IMG/VR virus record: IMGVR_UViG_3300035683_000204
Coordinates: 1-41,325 of that record
Length of the DNA stretch: 41,325 nucleotides
Direction: 5' to 3' (one strand)
Origin: a virus
Lineage: Duplodnaviria > Caudoviricetes
Part shown: positions 36,530 to 41,325 of the stretch, piece after piece
Layout of the letters: every line of letters starts with the position of its first letter
How positions within the stretch are numbered: position 1 is the first letter of the stretch
The notes under the pieces: generated by a model
The model's database searches: none
Told to the model about the DNA's origin: nothing
What the model saw: only the letters and a program-made list of their open reading frames with translations
Position numbers and translations under genes: made by a program

Positions 36530-36807
36530 AGTCGATCTCGATCACCGCGGGCGGCCGAAAGGGCGAGTTCCCCAAGGCGCTCCGGGCGAAGGTCACCGAG
36601 ACCGCCGCGGCGGCCCGTGCCCGTGGGGAGGAGCAGCTCGCCACCCTCGCCGAGGCGATCGGGACCTCCGTGAACAAGATCGTCCCGCGCGCGCCCAAGG
36701 GGGCCATCGTCCAAATGCAGGCCTCGGTCGAGCTGGACGAGCGGGGCTGCTGGAGCGCCAGCGTGCTCCTGGACGTCTCGGGAACGCCGGTGCGGGGAGG
36801 ATCCTGA
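36526..36807 (+). CDS. Hypothetical protein
   Basis: GGAGG RBS; ATGA overlap. Confidence 0.6.
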   Translation: MKSISITAGGRKGEFPKALRAKVTETAAAARARGEEQLATLAEAIGTSVNKIVPRAPKGAIVQMQASVELDERGCWSASVLLDVSGTPVRGGS

Positions 36808-37967
36808 TGGTCTTCCGAGCGCACCACGTGATCACCCAGGCAGGGATCCGCCTTGCCGCCTTCGTGGCGGCAGGCGGCTACAGCCGGACCACGTGGTCTC
36901 GCTTCCTCCGCGACGAGCTGGACCCGGAGCCCGCCGGCGGGCGCCAGACCGTCGAGCGCGTGCTCCGGGAGCACAACGTATCCATCCCCGCCGATCTCTG
37001 GCGGCGGGTCAACGATTCTCCGGCGGGGGCCGAGGCCGCCGCCGACATCGAGGAAGGAGAGGCCTTCATGCAAATGCAGTCGCTTTCCCTGGCTGCGCAG
37101 CGCGCCTGGGAGCTGTTCATGAACCCGTTCGATCCCGCGGCGATGCAGAAGCCGGACGGGGGGGATCGCCTGGATGAGCTGCACCTGTCGATGGACGCGC
37201 GCTTCATCGAGACCCGGATGCAGCAGGTGATCACCCACCAGGGCTTCTTCGCGCTGAGTGGCCCGGCCGGGTCGGGCAAGTCCACGCTCCTGGAGCGGGC
37301 CGTCCGCGCCGCGAGCGAGCGCTACACGGTGACCATGGTGCGCCCGGCCAACATCGAGCGGCGCAAGATGTCGGCGGTGCACATCGCCGCCGAGATCATC
37401 CGCCAGCTGAGCGGGGAGAAGCTCCCGCGGACGGCCAACGAGCGCGACGCCGTCGCCGCCCAGGTGCTCCGGCACCGCTACGCGGTCGGCGAGCGGGTGT
37501 GCCTGGTGATCGATGAGGCGCACGAGCTCCCCACCAGCACCGTGCTGGACCTGAAGCGCTTCTGGGAGCTGCGCGACGGGTTCGCGAAGCTGCTCGGCAT
37601 CATCCTGATCGGCCGCGAGGAGCTCGCTGTCCGCTTCCACGACGCCGCCAACTTCCGGCTCCGCGAGGTGATCATCCGCTGCGAGCTGAAGATCATGAAG
37701 CCGATGAGGGGGGAGACCGGGGCGTACCTCGCCCGGCGCTTCGAATGGGTCGGGCGGCAACTGCACGAGGTGTGGGAGCCCACCGCCGTGGAGGCCCTGG
37801 AGACGCGGCTTGCCGTGAAGGACCAGCAGCTCCCGCAGATCATCAACAACGCGGCGGTGGCGGCCATGAACGTCGCCGCGCGCCGCGGGAACGCGCGGGT
37901 CACCGCGGACGACGTGGAGGCGGTGTGGCTCACCGACTCGGCCACCCTCCAGGAGCTGGGCTTCTGA
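36807..37967 (+). CDS. AAA+ ATPase, MuB/ExeA-like transposition B protein
   Basis: Walker A GPAGSGKS, Walker B VIDEAH, IILIG. Confidence 0.92.
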   Translation: MVFRAHHVITQAGIRLAAFVAAGGYSRTTWSRFLRDELDPEPAGGRQTVERVLREHNVSIPADLWRRVNDSPAGAEAAADIEEGEAFMQMQSLSLAAQRAWELFMNPFDPAAMQKPDGGDRLDELHLSMDARFIETRMQQVITHQGFFALSGPAGSGKSTLLERAVRAASERYTVTMVRPANIERRKMSAVHIAAEIIRQLSGEKLPRTANERDAVAAQVLRHRYAVGERVCLVIDEAHELPTSTVLDLKRFWELRDGFAKLLGIILIGREELAVRFHDAANFRLREVIIRCELKIMKPMRGETGAYLARRFEWVGRQLHEVWEPTAVEALETRLAVKDQQLPQIINNAAVAAMNVAARRGNARVTADDVEAVWLTDSATLQELGF

Positions 37968-38212
37968 TGCGCGCCGCGACCCCCCAAAGCGGCAGCACCT
38001 CCCCCACCGGGGAGGTGCTGTACCTCCCGACGCGAGCCTGCCGCGGCTGCCCGTATCGGCCCAACTGCCACCCCGCGCGCCAGCGCTCGATGGACAGCCT
38101 CGGGACCGGCCACCACGTCTCGTGCGAGTTCTACCAGGCGTTCCGGGGGCGCGAGCCCGCTCCCCCGCCGCGGCGCTCCTGGTGGCGCCGGCTCCTCTTA
38201 CTGGGGAGCTGA
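37967..38212 (+). CDS. Small Cys-rich hypothetical protein
   Basis: TGATG overlap; CRGC..C..C. Confidence 0.5.
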   Translation: MRAATPQSGSTSPTGEVLYLPTRACRGCPYRPNCHPARQRSMDSLGTGHHVSCEFYQAFRGREPAPPPRRSWWRRLLLLGS

Positions 38213-38214
38213 GC

Positions 38215-38454
38215 ATGTTCACGATCGACTCCAGGACGTTCTCTGACCTGCACGGTGCGCTGGGCTTCGCCACGCCGATCGGCGTGGTGGCGGTCGGCAC
38301 CCAGCGGCCCGCTGGGCTGATCGTGTCCCCGGCCGACCCGGAGGGGGCCGCGGCTGGGCACGCCACGCCGACGGTGCTGCTGGGCGCGGGACGCGAGCTG
38401 AGGGTCACCTACTGGACGACGCGCGCGGACTCCGGCTCGCTCACCTGGAGGTGA
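38215..38454 (+). CDS. Hypothetical protein
   Basis: GGGAG RBS before MFTIDS. Confidence 0.5.
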   Translation: MFTIDSRTFSDLHGALGFATPIGVVAVGTQRPAGLIVSPADPEGAAAGHATPTVLLGAGRELRVTYWTTRADSGSLTWR

Positions 38455-38735
38455 CCGCGCCGGCGGGGATCCGCGCCGACCTGCGGGCGCTCGGGAAGAA
38501 GTACGGCTGGCCTACGTTGATGGCCGAGATGTGCGACCTGGTGCGGGAGTTCGCGGTGCGGGGGATGGAGGCGGCCGTCACGGAGGAGCACGCCGACACG
38601 AGCGAGTCGTGCCCGCGGTGCCGGCGGAACGACGCTCTCCTGCGCCAGTCGATGGCAGTCACGAAGCGAGTCACCGCCCGCCCGCCGGTGGGCGCCACAG
38701 GAATCGAGGAGGGAACCGATGCAACGAACCGCTGA
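38451..38735 (+). CDS. Hypothetical protein
   Basis: Coupled ORF with CPRC. Confidence 0.5.
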   Translation: MTAPAGIRADLRALGKKYGWPTLMAEMCDLVREFAVRGMEAAVTEEHADTSESCPRCRRNDALLRQSMAVTKRVTARPPVGATGIEEGTDATNR

Positions 38736-38934
38736 GGCGCCCAGCACGGCGCCACCGTCGCAGGGCCGGGTCTGCGCCTGCTGCGATGCCCGCGCGACGG
38801 ACCGGATCGAGGTCACCGTGATGGGCATTCCGCAGCAGATCGACGTCTGCGCCTACGACGCCCACCTGCAAGGCGCCCACATGACCGCTGTACCGCGCTA
38901 CGCCGCCCAGGCGCAGGCGGACGGACACCCTTGA
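38719..38934 (+). CDS. Hypothetical protein
   Basis: GAGGAGG RBS. Confidence 0.5.
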   Translation: MQRTAEAPSTAPPSQGRVCACCDARATDRIEVTVMGIPQQIDVCAYDAHLQGAHMTAVPRYAAQAQADGHP

Positions 38935-38948
38935 ACAGAGGAGGGACG

Positions 38949-39845
38949 ATGCTGACCGAGGAGCTGGTAGGGTCCGCCCAGGAGCGGACGGGAGAGCCGA
39001 CGGAAGTGGCCCTCGCAGTGGCGCCAGCGGCGCCGACGAAACCGGAGACGTTCCTGATCTACGACCTGGTGAAGCTCGCGTGGTGGACGCCGCGCGCTGC
39101 TGGCCACAGCCCCGTGATCCTGGAGGCGGGTCTCTTCGATCGGGACCTCGCCCGCGAGATCGTGAAGGAGAATGCCGGCCGCGTGACGGCGATCCCGGTG
39201 ATCGAGCGAGAGGAAGAGATCCGCCGCCTTTGCGTCGCCGCCGAGCGCATGCAGCGAGCGTTGGGCTTCGCTGTACTCGCGGTGACCTGCCTGCAGTGCG
39301 GACGCCGGTTCAGCGAGCAGGAGGCCGCCGCTGGCTACGAGACATGCGAGCACTGCCCGCCGGTGGACGTGTCCACTACCGAGGGTGCTGCGCGCCGCAT
39401 CGCACGAGCGCTCCAGGCAGATCCCGTTTTCATCACCCACGTGGTGAGTGGCCGCCCCGACTGGATCCACCTGGAGACGGAGGCCGGGCATGAGTACGTG
39501 GTGACACTGCGGCGCTCGGTGGTGGCCCCCGACGATGGCCAGTCGGCGATCGAGGAGATCATAGAGGTGGACGACGGCCCCGTCTTCCCCTGGGAGCTCT
39601 GGCGGATGAGCCTCGTGTGGGGGCACGAGGTGGCGCTGGCCACCATCCAGGGCTGGCCCCAGGAGGTGATCGACCAGGCCGGCCTCTACGTGGCCATGGC
39701 GATCGCCCACGAGCTCTCCCCCCCCGTTCCCGAGGATGAGTGGCCGGAGGCTCCGGCTGAGCTGGAGGCGGTGATCGGGCGGCAGCTCTACCACCCGACT
39801 CGGCATCCGCTCGGTCACAGGCCCCGCCCCCGGCAGGAGGGCTGA
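38949..39845 (+). CDS. Hypothetical protein with central Zn ribbon
   Basis: GAGGAGG RBS; CLQC...CEHC. Confidence 0.65.
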   Translation: MLTEELVGSAQERTGEPTEVALAVAPAAPTKPETFLIYDLVKLAWWTPRAAGHSPVILEAGLFDRDLAREIVKENAGRVTAIPVIEREEEIRRLCVAAERMQRALGFAVLAVTCLQCGRRFSEQEAAAGYETCEHCPPVDVSTTEGAARRIARALQADPVFITHVVSGRPDWIHLETEAGHEYVVTLRRSVVAPDDGQSAIEEIIEVDDGPVFPWELWRMSLVWGHEVALATIQGWPQEVIDQAGLYVAMAIAHELSPPVPEDEWPEAPAELEAVIGRQLYHPTRHPLGHRPRPRQEG

Positions 39846-39846
39846 G

Positions 39847-40020
39847 ATGGGCGAGCCGACCAAGTTCCAGTGCCCGGTGGACGGCTGCACACACGAGATG
39901 CGTGCGCGGGAGACCGGCTACATCGATGACCAGGTGGAGACCTTTGACGAGCTCTACGTGACGGCGTATCGCTGCGAGGCGGGACACCTGTCCTGGGTCT
40001 ACGTGGAGGAGGAAGACTGA
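39847..40020 (+). CDS. 57-aa Zn-ribbon-like acidic protein (absent from the ORF track)
   Basis: GGAGG RBS; MGEPTKFQCPVDGC...YRCEAGH...EEED. Confidence 0.6.
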   Translation: MGEPTKFQCPVDGCTHEMRARETGYIDDQVETFDELYVTAYRCEAGHLSWVYVEEED

Positions 40021-40045
40021 TGATACCGCGGCGCTGATGGAGGGA

Positions 40046-40120
40046 GGCCCAAGCCCGCCTGACGAGCACCCCGGTGGCACCGGGGCGAAAAGGGACCCTG
40101 AGGTCCCTTCGCGGGAAGCC
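40046..40120 (+). ncRNA. Type I hammerhead ribozyme
   Basis: Stem I CCCGC/GCGGG, core CUGACGA, stem II, GAAA, stem III AGGGACC/GGUCCCU, cleavage triplet UUC (cut after 40110). Confidence 0.88.
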
Positions 40121-40166
40121 CGCCGCGCCAGAGGGCGCGCACTCAAGACCACGGAAGGAGCGGCTC

Positions 40167-40364
40167 ATGAGCACGAGAACGCTACACAAAACGAACGGCG
40201 GGAACTTCAGCTGCGGCTGCCCCACCTGTGGGAGCTGCATCCTAATTGACGGCGACCTGAAAGTGGTCGCTAAGTGCGAGCACTTTGCTCGCCGGTGGCG
40301 TGTCTCGGCCGATGGCCGTGTGCGCGCTGAGTTCCGCAGCGACACCCTAGTGACCACGGCCTGA
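40167..40364 (+). CDS. Small Cys-rich hypothetical protein
   Basis: AAGGAG RBS; CPTC..CEH. Confidence 0.6.
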   Translation: MSTRTLHKTNGGNFSCGCPTCGSCILIDGDLKVVAKCEHFARRWRVSADGRVRAEFRSDTLVTTA

Positions 40365-40366
40365 CG

Positions 40367-40774
40367 ATGGACTCGCAGCTCGCGCTCTACTTGGACACCA
40401 CGCGCCCGCAGCTCGACCTCACTGCGCTGTGCAGCGACGAGGAGCGGGCAGTCGCGGCCGAGCTCCGCTGGGGCAGCGCTGCCGCGCGCCAGGTACCGGA
40501 GATCGCGGCTGCGGCAGGCATCCCCGCGCGCCGGGTGCAGGTCATCATCAAGCACCTGGTGGACGACCACAGCTGGCCGATCGGCACCAGCATGGCCGAG
40601 CCGTTCGGCAACTACCTGATCGACAGCTCCGACGATCTGCAGCAGACCGTAGCGCTGCTTCGCGGGCGCGGCATCAGCATGCTCGCCCGCGCGGCAGCCC
40701 TTTCACACACTAGCCTGCGCCGCTTCCTGGAGTCGGTGCAGGCCGACCTTCTGGAGGGAGACCGCAATGCGTAA
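40367..40774 (+). CDS. Winged-HTH protein
   Basis: EIAAAAGIPARRVQVIIKHL...PIGT...GNY. Confidence 0.7.
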   Translation: MDSQLALYLDTTRPQLDLTALCSDEERAVAAELRWGSAAARQVPEIAAAAGIPARRVQVIIKHLVDDHSWPIGTSMAEPFGNYLIDSSDDLQQTVALLRGRGISMLARAAALSHTSLRRFLESVQADLLEGDRNA

Positions 40775-40821
40775 GGAACGGAGGCTCACGTCTATCAGCA
40801 CGCGCGCGCGCGCGAGGATCC

Positions 40822-41325
40822 ATGGGTAGCGCCGCCCTGGCCCCGCACGCCGTCCGCGGGGATACTCCGCGCCTCGGCTACCTGGTGGACCTGGACCGGA
40901 TCGCCCACGCGGCGCTGTTCCGGCCCGAGGGCACCACCCCCGACGAGGTGATCGAGCGCGAGCTGACGGCCGCCGGCGTACCCGGGGGCTGGGGCTCCAA
41001 GGAGTTCCGCGTGCTTTGGCACCTGGGCGCCAGCACCTACGTGGACCTGCGCCGGGAGCAGCGCATGCGCACTCCCGAGTCCATCAACGCCGAGGAGCTG
41101 TGGCGCGCCTACGACGCCGGCGTGACGCAGCAGCAGTTCGCGCTGAAGACCGGCGTCAGCGGCGGAATGATCGCGAAGCGCAGCGCCGAGCTGGGCTTTC
41201 AGCTGGAGCGCCGGCCGGGGTCGTACCCGCCACGGTGGAGCGTCGCGGCCGGGCCGTGCCTGGGATGCGGGAACGTGCTGCCGATCGCCGAGCTGGACAT
41301 CGACCACCGCTGCGGCTGCTGCTGA
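40822..41325 (+). CDS. Hypothetical protein with HTH-like segment and C-terminal Cys cluster
   Basis: TQQQFALKTGVS; CLGC..CGCC; true start uncertain. Confidence 0.6.
   Translation: MGSAALAPHAVRGDTPRLGYLVDLDRIAHAALFRPEGTTPDEVIERELTAAGVPGGWGSKEFRVLWHLGASTYVDLRREQRMRTPESINAEELWRAYDAGVTQQQFALKTGVSGGMIAKRSAELGFQLERRPGSYPPRWSVAAGPCLGCGNVLPIAELDIDHRCGCC

Larger units (their letters stand above)
1..41325. mobile_element. Transposable Mu-like prophage (siphoviral; central repressor, divergent early and late arms), ends outside window
   Basis: DDE transposase plus AAA+ B-like ATPase, DUF3102-like gene, and a terminase-portal-head-tail cluster with no sheath gene. No TG...CA end identified. Confidence 0.9.

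Noticed and set aside
33045-38408. Long minus-strand ORFs opposite the transposase and ATPase
   Set aside because: Shadow frames.
1-41325. Diversity-generating retroelement or invertase-driven tail switching as the explanation for two TMPs
   Set aside because: No reverse transcriptase or serine/tyrosine recombinase in the window, and TMP differences are not adenine-specific.

Overview
High-GC window containing most of a transposable (Mu-like) siphoviral prophage with a central repressor and divergent arms (B3/BcepMu-type layout). Late head and tail genes run leftward from about 19.0 kb to base 1. Early genes (Ner/Cro, CII-like, DUF3102-like, DDE transposase A, AAA+ B protein, small ORFs) run rightward from 30.9 kb. 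Neither prophage end, nor an endolysin or tail sheath, is visible. Between the repressor operon and the late operon lies a ~9 kb accessory block that looks like a nested satellite or hitch-hiker. It carries: (1) a second full-length tape measure protein plus a G-only tail chaperone behind a copy of the phage's putative late-promoter motif; (2) a 4.5 kb module bounded by 96-bp inverted repeats whose core also occurs just upstream of the phage terL; (3) inside that module, a catalytically intact TnpB without TnpA, driven by one of two mirror-image promoters flanking a small HTH gene; and (4) a TPR protein facing a tiny lipopeptide gene (RRNPP-like signalling candidate). Non-coding finds include a type I hammerhead ribozyme, an 8/4-fold tRNA-like element, a four-copy late-promoter motif and a -1 frameshift site. 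All alignments and counts were done by eye; no searches were run. A Gemmatimonadota-like host is only a tentative guess.
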